From: Candidatus Poribacteria bacterium
GTDB taxonomy: Bacteria > Poribacteria > WGA-4E > WGA-3G
Assembly: GCA_965247285.1 (NCBI GenBank)
Contig: CBDFHD010000003.1
Span: 82,795-146,794, forward strand
Length of the DNA: 64,000 bases
Reading direction: 5' to 3'
In this document: piece by piece, positions 10,601 to 19,603 of the stretch
Layout of the letters: every line of letters starts with the position of its first letter
Position numbering within the stretch: position 1 is the stretch's first letter
The notes under the pieces: model-generated
Seen by the model: only the letters and a program-made list of their open reading frames with translations
Databases searched by the model: none
What the model was told of the DNA's origin: nothing
Position numbers and translations under genes: made by a program

Positions 10601-10764
10601 GGAACGAGAGTGGCATCCACCTGTTTTGCACAGACGGTGAGCAGCATTTCAAAAGGGACGCTGACTGCGCCTTCGTGTGTGATGTCGTGTTTATCGTATT
10701 GCTGCAGCGTGGCGTAGTAGTCTCGGACTGCTTTGTGACCGGGTTTGAGATGCAGTTGTGGCAT
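7684..10764 (-). CDS. Single-chain restriction-modification enzyme: nuclease + N6-adenine MTase + Type ISP-like C-terminal specificity domain
   Basis: N-terminal LDG...YWEAKD (PD-(D/E)xK), GIVYTPQPIVDF, IIDPFVGTGNF (motif I), VVIGNPPY (motif IV), YRPF and RSALEWVVDQY C-terminal motifs. Confidence 0.88.
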   Translation of the reverse strand: MPQLHLKPGHKAVRDYYATLQQYDKHDITHEGAVSVPFEMLLTVCAKQVDATLVPQFAMRAPSGNRIVLDGVILDEYGLPFAYWEAKDIDDDLSISVQEKREAGYPLDNILFQTPQRAILYQNGREALDLDITEPANLIAALQYLFAYVPPALENWQTAVTDFREHVPDLANKLKELIEQRHETDPAFKKAFTDFYEICRTSINPELSQDAVEEMLIQHILTERIFRTVFNNSAFTRRNIIAREIENVVDELIRQAFSREEFLKPLDRFYVAIEQAAMLCKDFTQKQHFLNTFYEKFFQGFSEDVADTHGIVYTPQPIVDFMVRSVEHILETEFGRSLSDIGVHIIDPFVGTGNFIVHLMQDIQGTALEAKYRHELHCNEVMLLPYYIASLNIEQEFFQRTGTYLPFEGIALADTFELFEGQQQHIMFTQENTERVERQKVADMFVVIGNPPYNAKQVNQNDNNKNRKYKAMDTLLRETYSQDSKATNKIALSDPYVKAILWASKRIGKEGIVAFVTNNSFLDGIAFDGMRKHLAQDFTKIHHINLKGNARTSGERRRKEGGNVFDDQIRVGVGITLFIKKAKATPEPTEVWIYSVNDYLKAIEKQQLLTDFGDYTNVPMKQTTIDAKHTWLTEDLHTEFDTFIPMGSKKAKTTKGIAVDVIFKTYSPGIKTNRDAWAYNFNRGALTENIQRMSETYNAEVDRWKRRGDRTETNVDAFVLYDDTKISWSRDLKVKLNRGVIVEYTERKVKTSLYRPFTKLNLYFDRTINNDVHVFPSIFPTPIAESENRVICVSGIGSNKTFQSLIADVIPDVQLVSNGQCFPFYTYNEDGTNRQENITDWALAEFRTHYGDDTISKWDIFHYNYALLHHPEYREKYQANLKRDLPHIPFAEDFWGFANAGAALADLHVNYESVPKYDELKYIETPGMPIDWRVEKMKLSKDKTQLKYNDFLMLDGIPVEVFDYRLGNRSALEWVVDQYRVKIDKRSGIRNDPNRADQPRYIVDLIGRVITVSLKTVEIVGNLPAL

Positions 10765-10970
10765 ATCGTTATCATAGCAGGTTTTCTGGGATAAGTCAAC
10801 CGAAAATTACTTCTTCTCTCCACAGATCCAGAGGGAATTCCATAGCCGACGTTTGGAGAACCCGCCGACAAAACCTATAATCCTGCCAATCCTAAAATCC
10901 TGTAAATCCTGATTCTGACAACTGATAACCGAAAACTGAATGCCTCTGTAATATTGACACCTATGAGTTG

Positions 10971-11084
10971 TAGTAAAGCCTATAATTACTTGGACGCTCT
11001 AAAGAGGCGAGGATACAATCCTCGCCAGCGGCGGTGGGGTCGTTGTTCACTGACGAACTGTCCACATATTTTTGGACTTTACTA
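10971..11084. mobile_element. 114-bp MITE, family A, copy 2 (inverted relative to copy 1)
   Basis: Reverse complement of 2242-2355; flanked by TG/TG 2-bp direct repeat. Confidence 0.8.
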
Positions 11085-11279
11085 TGACAGCCGATTTTCC
11101 CAAAATCCGTGAAATCCATGTCATCCGCGATAATCCGCGATTCGGACAGACAACTCACAAAATATGTACACACCCACCAGCATTTTTGTCGCACCTGTTT
11201 CCGCAAAATATGCTATAATGCGTCTAATCAGGCAATATACCCAAGTCTTGCCAATCAAAAAAGCAAAGGGGAATTCAGT

Positions 11280-12740
11280 ATGAGCCAAGAAGATACGAAA
11301 AATACGCAAAAAAATTCCGATACACCTGAGGATAAACTCTCGGTTACGCATCATAGCGTTACTATTAATGGCGAGGAGATCCGTTACACTGCCACAGCGG
11401 GGACGCTCGTCCTGAAAGAGGAAATAGACAAGGAAGGCGAGAAGCCGAAAGCCTCCGTTTTCTTTATTGCCTATACGCGTGACGATGTAGAAGATACACC
11501 CAAACGTCCGATAACGTTCTCCTTCAACGGGGGTCCCGGATCTTCATCAGTATGGTTACATTTAGGGGTCCTGGGACCGCGGTGTGTCAAATCCGACGAA
11601 AATGGAGAATTGCCACAGCCGCCGTACCAATTGACGAATAACGAATGTTCTATTTTAGACAAAACGGATCTTGTTTTCATCGATCCCGTCAGCACCGGGT
11701 TCAGCAGAGCCGTCCCTGGTGAAGAAGCGAAGCAGTTCCACGGATTCAAAAGGGATATTGAATCGGTTGGCGATTTTATTCTGCTCTATTTAGGACGCTA
11801 CAAACGGTGGGGATCGCCGAAACTTCTCATCGGCGAAAGTTATGGGACGACGCGAGCAAGTGGACTTGCGGGTTATCTTCAGGAACGGCACGGCACCTAT
11901 CTCAACGCCATAATGCTTGTTTCGGTGGTGCTGAACTTTCAAACAATTCGCTTCGCACCCGGCAACGATCTCCCTTATATCCTCTATCTACCGACTTACG
12001 CAGCGACTGCGCTGTATCATGACAAGTTAGACGGAATTGACACCGAACTTGAATCGTTCATTGACGAAGTGCGAACATTCGCAATGAACGATTACACCGT
12101 CGCTTTGATGCAAGGGAGTGCAATAACCCCAGATCAACGTGCGAACATTGTTCAGCAACTCGCAAAGTATACCGGACTTACATCGGAATATATTGATCGA
12201 ACCGACTTACGGATTAACATTATGCGGTTTTGCAAGGAACTGCTCCGAGCTGAAGGTCGCACCGTTGGACGTTTTGATAGCCGATACAAGGGAATCGACA
12301 GCGATTCAGCTGGTGAAAGGTTTGAATACGATCCGAGTTCCGCAGTCGTGAAAGGCGCGTATACTGCCACTCTCAACGCTTATGTCCGAGATGAACTGGA
12401 ATTTGAATCTGATCTGCCTTATGAAATCTTGAGTCGACGTGTTCACCCGTGGGACTACAGCGACCATCAGAACGAATACGTCAACGTTGCAGATACACTT
12501 CGCGAGGCAATGACTATCAACCCTGCCTTGAAAGTTTTTGTGGCGAACGGCTATTACGACTTAGCAACACCGTTTTTAGCCTCGGAGTATACCTTTAGTC
12601 ACTTGGGACTTGATGAATCCTTGCAAGACAACATCACGATGGCTTACTATCAGGCGGGACACATGATGTACATAGACCAAGCGGAATTGCGAAAGATGAA
12701 AGACGACATGGATGCGTTCCTTGACGACGTGCTTCTGTAA
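11280..12740 (+). CDS. Serine carboxypeptidase, peptidase S10 family
   Basis: FNGGPGSSS, IDPVSTGFS, GESYG (catalytic Ser), GYYDLATP, AGHMMY. Confidence 0.93.
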   Translation: MSQEDTKNTQKNSDTPEDKLSVTHHSVTINGEEIRYTATAGTLVLKEEIDKEGEKPKASVFFIAYTRDDVEDTPKRPITFSFNGGPGSSSVWLHLGVLGPRCVKSDENGELPQPPYQLTNNECSILDKTDLVFIDPVSTGFSRAVPGEEAKQFHGFKRDIESVGDFILLYLGRYKRWGSPKLLIGESYGTTRASGLAGYLQERHGTYLNAIMLVSVVLNFQTIRFAPGNDLPYILYLPTYAATALYHDKLDGIDTELESFIDEVRTFAMNDYTVALMQGSAITPDQRANIVQQLAKYTGLTSEYIDRTDLRINIMRFCKELLRAEGRTVGRFDSRYKGIDSDSAGERFEYDPSSAVVKGAYTATLNAYVRDELEFESDLPYEILSRRVHPWDYSDHQNEYVNVADTLREAMTINPALKVFVANGYYDLATPFLASEYTFSHLGLDESLQDNITMAYYQAGHMMYIDQAELRKMKDDMDAFLDDVLL

Positions 12741-12853
12741 TTCCTGTGCCTTGACCGAAAGTTTTTAATTTCTGAGTCTCTCTGCTCCGCTCCATTTCAT
12801 TACGCGCAGGTTTTGGTCAGTCTACAGCGTCCCTAAGAATTTGTACGGAACCC

Positions 12854-13100
12854 GTAGCCTGCAACAACGGCGCAGGGTTTTTGCTTGGGTGTTTCTTCAG
12901 ATATGAGGAACACATCCCATAGTTCTAACAGACGTTATTTAACCGCAAGGTAAAATTAAAAATCCGCGAGGTAAATTAAAAAAATGAGTTATCAGAATTA
13001 GCTCCAAGTGTGTAGCTTGTAACGAAGTGGAAAGCGGGTCTACGGGAATGAACATCAACTCTCCAGTTCGCCTGACCGAACCGCAAGGTAAAATTAAAAA
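12854..13100 (+). repeat. Two tandem family-F leader repeats ending in CCGC(A/G)AGGTAAA(A)TTAAAAA-ATG
   Basis: Same element directly precedes the start codons at 13101, 18826, 25037 and 49511. Confidence 0.7.
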
Positions 13101-14147
13101 ATGAGTTATCAGAGAGAATTTGAGAAAAAGCTGAACATCGCTGTCGTCGGTGTCGGTTCACACGGCTATCGCAACGTTCTGCCGACATTAACGTTTCTCC
13201 CGATTCGGCTCAAGGCGTTATGTGACCTTGATATTGAACGCGCCCGCGTCACTGCAGAACAGTATGGTGTTCAGGCATGCTATCCGAGTATGGCGGAGAT
13301 GTTTCGCAACGAAGAACTCGACGCGATCTTTCTCTGTGCGCCGCCGCGTCTGCACCCTGAATTGACCTGTGAAGCGTTAGACGCGGGGATGCATGTCTGG
13401 ATGGAAAAGCCACCCGGAATGTTTGCTGCCGAAGTCTCAGAGATGATCCGTCACCGAAAGGATCGCGTCGTGGTTGTTGGGTTCAAAAAGGCTTTCATGC
13501 CCGCCACGCAGAAGATTATCGAAATCTTCGCGACCGATGAATACGGTCCCTTACGAAGCATTTTAGGGGTCTATCCGATGACGATTCCGGAAGATGGGAA
13601 GCGTGTGCTACGTGAGAAACAGCATACGAATTGGCTCCAAAACGGGTGTCATCCATTGTCTCTGTTTGTCGCAGTAGGTGGGAAGGTTTCATCTGTAACT
13701 GTGCGTCGAGGAGAACGAGGCGGTGGCGCGTGTATCTTGGAGTACGAAAGTGGAGCATTCGGAAACTTTCATTTGGCTGATGGCGCAAGACATGGACAAC
13801 CTTCTGAACTTTATCAATTTTTCGGTGATGGCTGCCACGCCGAAATTCGGAACAGTACGCGGGTTTTACTCCAGCGCGGCATGCCCTTCAATTATAGCGG
13901 CAGCACCAGTTATGTCGCTGAAGGCTTTGATAGCGGTGCTATCGTCTGGGAACCGCAATACAGTCTCGGCACCCTTGAAAACAAAGGGCTTTTCATACAA
14001 GGCTTCTACCAAGAGATGCGATACTTTTGCGACTGCATTCTGGAGGGAAAACCGGCAGAGCAAGGGTCGCTTGAGTTTGCACTGGAAGTGATGAAAGTCT
14101 ATGAGGCGGGACTCCGTTCAGAGGGCGAGACTGTTCCTGTTTTGTAA
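13101..14147 (+). CDS. Gfo/Idh/MocA family oxidoreductase
   Basis: [22 protein letters not shown]. Confidence 0.9.
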   Translation: MSYQREFEKKLNIAVVGVGSHGYRNVLPTLTFLPIRLKALCDLDIERARVTAEQYGVQACYPSMAEMFRNEELDAIFLCAPPRLHPELTCEALDAGMHVWMEKPPGMFAAEVSEMIRHRKDRVVVVGFKKAFMPATQKIIEIFATDEYGPLRSILGVYPMTIPEDGKRVLREKQHTNWLQNGCHPLSLFVAVGGKVSSVTVRRGERGGGACILEYESGAFGNFHLADGARHGQPSELYQFFGDGCHAEIRNSTRVLLQRGMPFNYSGSTSYVAEGFDSGAIVWEPQYSLGTLENKGLFIQGFYQEMRYFCDCILEGKPAEQGSLEFALEVMKVYEAGLRSEGETVPVL

Positions 14148-14172
14148 CGGTTTGTAACACGGAGGGAAAAGC

Positions 14173-15186
14173 GTGGAATATAGGAGACTCGGAAGAAGTG
14201 GACTCAAGGTGTCCGAAATTTGTTTAGGCACGATGACCTTTGGTCATGGAGCCGACGAGGCAGAATCAAACCGCATGGTAGATCTCGCTCTGGATGCCGG
14301 GGTCAACTTTTTTGATACCGCAAACGCTTATGCCGAAGGCGAATCCGAAGTCCTCCTCGGCAAAGCACTCAAGGGCAGGCGGCGAGATGCGGTCATCGCG
14401 ACGAAGTTTTCCAACCCCATGGGCACCGGTCCCAACGATTCCGGGATGTCTCGCGTCCACATTATGCAGGCGATTGACGATAGCCTTAAACGCCTCCAGA
14501 TGGATTACGTAGACATCTACTATATTCACCACGTTGATACACAAACCCCATTAGAGGAGATGCTTCAAGCACTGGACGATCTTGTCCGGCAGGGGAAGGT
14601 CCGCTATACGGCGTGTAGCAACTACCAAGCATGGCGGTTGTCCGAAGCGTTATGGCTCAGTGATACGAACAATTGGGCACGGTTTGCATGCTATCAACCG
14701 CAATATAGTCTCGTTGTCCGGGATATAGAACAGGAACTCGTTCCTCTCTGCGAACTTAAAGGATTAGGCGTAGTCGTTTGGAGTCCGTTAGCGGGTGGAT
14801 TCCTCTCTGGTAAATATAAACCGGGCGAACGCACACAAGGCGGAACGCGATCCGCTGAGGGATGGGCATATCCCGAACGCTATTTCGCCGATAACGCCGA
14901 TGAGACACTACGGGCACTCTTTGACGTTTCTGGTGAGCTTGGACATAGCCCCGCGCAAGTCGCACTGCGGTGGGTACTGGAACAGCCGGCAATGACTTCG
15001 GTGATTGTAGGTGCAAGGCACGCAGGACATTTGCGCGATAACCTCGGCGCAGCCGGATGGAGACTTGAAGGGGAAGCATTTCAAAAACTCAATGAAATTT
15101 CACATCTGCCAGATCGGTACCCTGAAGCGATGGAAAAGAATATGCACGAACGGCGAGACAGTGCAGTTGATATGCCGCGGTTGTAG
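14173..15186 (+). CDS. Aldo/keto reductase
   Basis: LGRSGLKVSEICLGTMTFG, FDTANAY, IATK, SLKRLQMDYVDIYYIH, WSPLAGG. Confidence 0.95.
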   Translation: MEYRRLGRSGLKVSEICLGTMTFGHGADEAESNRMVDLALDAGVNFFDTANAYAEGESEVLLGKALKGRRRDAVIATKFSNPMGTGPNDSGMSRVHIMQAIDDSLKRLQMDYVDIYYIHHVDTQTPLEEMLQALDDLVRQGKVRYTACSNYQAWRLSEALWLSDTNNWARFACYQPQYSLVVRDIEQELVPLCELKGLGVVVWSPLAGGFLSGKYKPGERTQGGTRSAEGWAYPERYFADNADETLRALFDVSGELGHSPAQVALRWVLEQPAMTSVIVGARHAGHLRDNLGAAGWRLEGEAFQKLNEISHLPDRYPEAMEKNMHERRDSAVDMPRL

Positions 15187-15326
15187 AAGTCAAATGTACC
15201 AAAAAGCCGAACTTTTTTCTCTTAGATCTGACTAAGTTAAACAGTGAAAGACTTTTTAGCGAATGAGTGTGATACGGAAGGGCATACCATAACGTTTCAC
15301 GCTTTTAATGTCAGGAGGGGGTCTCC

Positions 15327-17390
15327 ATGATAGGAATAGGTAAATGGAAAATTATTGCAATCGTCGGTGCGGTGCTATTGGTGGTAGCCGCGGTCGCCGT
15401 GGGGCGCATCGTACTTACGAACTCAGAGGGAAGAGACGGTGCTGAAATGCTAGCGGTAAAGACCGCAGCGGTTGAACGGGGCGACATTGCCGTAATAATC
15501 GACGCGACAGGCACTATCAAGCCGTTAAATATTGTTGAAGTCAGTTCAAAAGCCAGCGGAAAGATTCTGGACCTTAGGGTTGACGCAGGTGATTACGTTG
15601 AGAAGGATGAAATCATTGCGGTCATCGAAACGACCTATGTGCAGATTAGTTTGGATCAGGCGCAAGCGGATCTGAGGACCGCGCAAGCGCGTTTGCAACA
15701 GGCAGAGATCGACTTTGAACTCCAGAAGGTGCAGTCGGCAATCCAGATTCGTCAGGCGGAGGAATCTCTCTCTGAAGCGAGGCAACGGCTCGTCCAGCTC
15801 AAGGAAGCGATTCGCCTTGAAAAGACAGCGAATGCGCGCGGCATACTGGATGCCGAAAATAGCCTCAATATCTCCAGAATTCGGTATAAATTGCTTACCT
15901 CTGGTGAGGTGCGAGACGAAAATAGAAGCCGCGCACAAGCCTCATTGAATCAGGAAATAGCAAATTTGGATTTGGTAATATCAGAGCATAAAAGGAATCA
16001 GACACTTTACGAAAAAGAACTCATTTCACAAGCGGCATTAGAATCTTCACATGCACAACTTAAATCGGCGGAAGCACGGCATCAGTCTGCCATTGAAAAC
16101 CTGAGACTGGTTGAGAAACCTGCCACTGAGGCTGAACTTGAATTGGGACAAGCCGATATTAGAAAGGCGGAATTCAACCTTGAAATCGCCAATGAAAGAG
16201 TGGAAGCAGAAGTCTCGCGAGACATGGATATTGAACTGCAGAATCAACGGATTGTACAAGCCGAAGAGTCTTTGAAACTCGCAATGGCAAACCAGAAACA
16301 GATTGAGCGTAAACAACGCGATCTCGAGACTGCACGCTCATCGGTCACACGCAGTGAAACGCAGCTGGAACTCCGTCAAATTGAGTATGACGATACGATC
16401 ATCAAGGCACCTATCTCTGGAACGATCCTTGAAAAACTGGTCGAAGAAGGACAGGTGATTACTTCACGCCTCTCCTCACTCTCCTCGTCAGAGGGACAGG
16501 CGCTTGTCACAATGGCAGATCTTGACACCGTCTATGTCGTAACAGAGGTCGATGAAACCGACATCGGTAAGGTGGAGATAGGGCAACCCGTGACCATCAC
16601 GGTCGAAGCCTATCCCGATACGCCGTTTCAGGGTGAAGTCTTGAAGATCGCGCCCCTGGGACAATCCATTCAGAATGTGACGACCTTTGAGGTAACCTCC
16701 GAGTTGAAGAATGTGGAAGCTGCAGGAACACGACAAGGTATGAGGGGTGGCGGCGGAAGACGGCAAGGTGGTGGTACCCGTCCCGACATGGCAAATATGA
16801 CGCAAGAGCAACGCGAACGTTTCCGTGCAATGGGGCAACAACGCCAGGCAGAGGGGGGTGCAGGTGGAACGTCAAGACCAGCCTCTCAAGAAGCACCCGC
16901 GCAACCGGCACAGGAGCAACCTGTTGCTAAGGCAGAAGAGGCTGATGAAGACAATTTAGGTGGACTTTTCGGCGGATTTTTTGAAGAAGCACCTGTTGCA
17001 GAAGCACCCGCTGAAACGCAACAGCCACAGGCTGAAGATGCAAAGATACCGTTCCTCAAACCCGGCATGAACGCCGGTGTCCAAATCTCGGTTGTTAACA
17101 AAATAGACATTCTCACCCTTCCTGCGGAAGCGGTCCTTGATATGCGAGGCAGGAAAATGGTCAGAATTGTTGGTGCAGACGGTCAACCCGGTCGTCCTCA
17201 ACCGATTGTAGCTGGGGTTAGCAGTTTTGACAAGATCGAAATCGTCTCGGGGCTTGCTGAAGGGGATGTCGTCGCAATCGGCGGCTTTACGCCCGGTGAA
17301 GGCGGCGGTCGCAGCGAAGCGTGGCGGCAACGCATGATGAATCCCGCTTCCACAATGCGGCGAATGACCGGTGGTGGCAGAGGACGTTAG
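15327..17390 (+). CDS. MacA-like efflux periplasmic adaptor (HlyD family) with long coiled coil and low-complexity insert
   Basis: N-terminal TM, ATGTIKP..VEVSSKASGKI, IKAPISGTI, VDETDIGKV..GQ, LKPGMNA. Confidence 0.88.
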   Translation: MIGIGKWKIIAIVGAVLLVVAAVAVGRIVLTNSEGRDGAEMLAVKTAAVERGDIAVIIDATGTIKPLNIVEVSSKASGKILDLRVDAGDYVEKDEIIAVIETTYVQISLDQAQADLRTAQARLQQAEIDFELQKVQSAIQIRQAEESLSEARQRLVQLKEAIRLEKTANARGILDAENSLNISRIRYKLLTSGEVRDENRSRAQASLNQEIANLDLVISEHKRNQTLYEKELISQAALESSHAQLKSAEARHQSAIENLRLVEKPATEAELELGQADIRKAEFNLEIANERVEAEVSRDMDIELQNQRIVQAEESLKLAMANQKQIERKQRDLETARSSVTRSETQLELRQIEYDDTIIKAPISGTILEKLVEEGQVITSRLSSLSSSEGQALVTMADLDTVYVVTEVDETDIGKVEIGQPVTITVEAYPDTPFQGEVLKIAPLGQSIQNVTTFEVTSELKNVEAAGTRQGMRGGGGRRQGGGTRPDMANMTQEQRERFRAMGQQRQAEGGAGGTSRPASQEAPAQPAQEQPVAKAEEADEDNLGGLFGGFFEEAPVAEAPAETQQPQAEDAKIPFLKPGMNAGVQISVVNKIDILTLPAEAVLDMRGRKMVRIVGADGQPGRPQPIVAGVSSFDKIEIVSGLAEGDVVAIGGFTPGEGGGRSEAWRQRMMNPASTMRRMTGGGRGR

Positions 17391-17409
17391 GTACTAAGGA
17401 GAAAATACT

Positions 17410-18621
17410 ATGAGTATCTTGGAAAGTCTTACAAACGCATTGAGTGCCTTATTGGCAAATAAACTCCGATCTATGTTGACAATGTTGGGCGTGATCATCG
17501 GTGTCGGGGCAATTATAACCACTACCTCAATTGGTGAAGGTGCGAAAGCCGACATCACCGAACGAATTCAGACATTAGGTGCGAACATTCTCGCGATTCG
17601 TCCAGGGCAAAGTAGATCTCGAGGGCGCGGCTCTGCCGATGCGCGGAAAAGCCTCACCGTCAAAGACATGGAGGCGTTACAAGAGCGCGGACAGAACTTT
17701 GGCTATGTCACGCCTGAGGTGAGCAGCCGCGCACAGGTGAAGTATCGAAATAAAAATGTAAATACAACCATCGTCGGGACATCCCCGGAGTACCTTGTTA
17801 CCGCGAATTTTACCGTTGAGAAGGGGCGATTTTTTACAGACAGTGAAATCCGATACCGTGAACGTGTATGTGTCCTCGGCAAAACTGTCGTTGATAATCT
17901 TTTTGAGGAGGCAGAAGCGGTCGGCGAAATCGTCAAGATTAAGAATGTGGGTTTTCGCGTCTTAGGTGTTATGAAAGAGAAGGGCGCGAGCGGTTGGCGA
18001 AACCCGGACGATCAGGTTTTCATCCCTTATTCCACCGCTATGAAACGCGTTTTCGGAGAGGACTATCTCGCGAGCATCAGTATACAGGCGAATGATGACA
18101 AACTCCTTACGTCCGCAGAAACCGAGGTAATGGAACTGCTTCGGAGGCAACACAAAATCGCACCAAATAAGGCACCTGACTTTCACGTCCGGAACCAAGC
18201 GGAATTCATGGAGACACTCGAAGAGTCGAGCCAAACCTTCACCAACATGATTTTAGGGATTGCTGTCGTCTCCTTGCTTGTTGGTGGCATCGGCATCATG
18301 AACATTATGTTGGTCTCGGTTACGGAGCGGACGAAAGAGATTGGGCTACGTAAAGCCGTTGGCGCGCAGCGTTCCGATATTCTCGTTCAGTTCCTCGTTG
18401 AATCCACGTCGCTGGCACTGGTTGGCGGGGTTGTTGGTATTGGGGTCGGTATTGCCGGGGCAGAGTTGATCCCTTCACTTTGGGGATGGCGGACCGTTAT
18501 CTCGCCGGTGTACGCAGTGCTTTCCTTTGTCGTTAGCGCAATGGTAGGGGTCTTTTTTGGCGCATATCCGGCGTGGACAGCGGCAAAACTTCATCCGATC
18601 GAGGCACTCAGACACGAATAG
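17410..18621 (+). CDS. MacB/FtsX-type ABC transporter permease
   Basis: NKLRSMLTMLGVIIGV, GGIGIMNIMLVSVTERTKEIGLRKAVGA, PIEALRHE. Confidence 0.95.
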   Translation: MSILESLTNALSALLANKLRSMLTMLGVIIGVGAIITTTSIGEGAKADITERIQTLGANILAIRPGQSRSRGRGSADARKSLTVKDMEALQERGQNFGYVTPEVSSRAQVKYRNKNVNTTIVGTSPEYLVTANFTVEKGRFFTDSEIRYRERVCVLGKTVVDNLFEEAEAVGEIVKIKNVGFRVLGVMKEKGASGWRNPDDQVFIPYSTAMKRVFGEDYLASISIQANDDKLLTSAETEVMELLRRQHKIAPNKAPDFHVRNQAEFMETLEESSQTFTNMILGIAVVSLLVGGIGIMNIMLVSVTERTKEIGLRKAVGAQRSDILVQFLVESTSLALVGGVVGIGVGIAGAELIPSLWGWRTVISPVYAVLSFVVSAMVGVFFGAYPAWTAAKLHPIEALRHE

Positions 18622-18718
18622 TCTTCTGTAGGAGGGAACTCCGATTCCCGACATTCTGACTCAGACACGAATAATCTTCTGTAGGAGGGAACTCCGATTC
18701 CCGACATTCTGACTTAGA
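18606..18718. repeat. 53-bp tandem duplication covering the gene 3' end and a GTAG REP
   Basis: ACTCAGACACGAATA(G/A)TCTTCTGTAGGAGGGAACTCCGATTCCCGACATTCTG twice. Confidence 0.85.
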
Positions 18719-18825
18719 TCGGCATAGCCCGGAAATGCAAGCCCGTAATGTAATGGAGGGCGGATTTAAGGAACGCACTTGATAGTTCAAGTCCACGTTG
18801 TTTACCCGCAAGGAAAAATTAAAAA

Positions 18826-19542
18826 ATGGAAAAAATAGCAGTTATCGCTGGTGTGGGTCCCGGTTTAGGGGCTGCACTCGCCCGTAAATTTGTACAGGAA
18901 GGGTGCAATGTAGCACTACTTTCACGCTCATCCGCCTACATTAAAAACCTATCCGCAAGATTGACAGAATCCGGACGCACAGCCATACCTATCCCAACGG
19001 ATATTACCGATGGTGAGCAGGTATCAGAGAGTTTCGCTCGCATTCGAGAGGAACTCGGCGATCCCGATATCTTGGTGAATCATGCAGCAAACGCCGCTTG
19101 GGGCAGTTTCGCAGATCTCACACCTGAAGCGTTTGAGGGGGCGTGGCGCGTCTGCACCCTCGGCGGATTTCTCTGTTCAAAGCAGGTCGTTCCGGGGATG
19201 CTCCGGAAAGGTGGGGGAAGCATTCTCTTTACAGGGGCTACTTCTGCTGTCCGTGGCAGGGCGGGCGCGTTAGCGTTCAGCAGTGCCAAGTATGCGACGC
19301 GAGGCTTAGCATCGGCACTCGCTCGCGAGGTCGGTCCCCACGGTATCCATGTTGCTCATGTTATCATTGACGGGGTCATCGATACGCCGGGGGTGCGACA
19401 ACGCTATACACTCGCGGAGAATGAGCCGCTCCTTGAACCCGATGCCATTGCCGATACCTATTGGGCTTTAGTACAGCAGGAGCGGAGTGCATGGACTTTT
19501 GAGGTCGATGTCCGTCCCCATAACGAGGAATTTTTCACTTAG
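18826..19542 (+). CDS. Short-chain dehydrogenase/reductase
   Basis: AGVGPGLG, FTGATSA, FSSAK, HVAHVIIDGVID. Confidence 0.92.
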   Translation: MEKIAVIAGVGPGLGAALARKFVQEGCNVALLSRSSAYIKNLSARLTESGRTAIPIPTDITDGEQVSESFARIREELGDPDILVNHAANAAWGSFADLTPEAFEGAWRVCTLGGFLCSKQVVPGMLRKGGGSILFTGATSAVRGRAGALAFSSAKYATRGLASALAREVGPHGIHVAHVIIDGVIDTPGVRQRYTLAENEPLLEPDAIADTYWALVQQERSAWTFEVDVRPHNEEFFT

Positions 19543-19603
19543 ATTTTTCCGTTCATATCACGGAAGGCGCGCTGTGTTAGCGCGCCTTAAATTTTTTACG
19601 GAC

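Noticed and set aside
11109-11279. Extended N-terminus of the S10 peptidase
   Set aside because: Runs through a 9-bp-periodic repeat; the ATG at 11280 has an AAGGGG RBS
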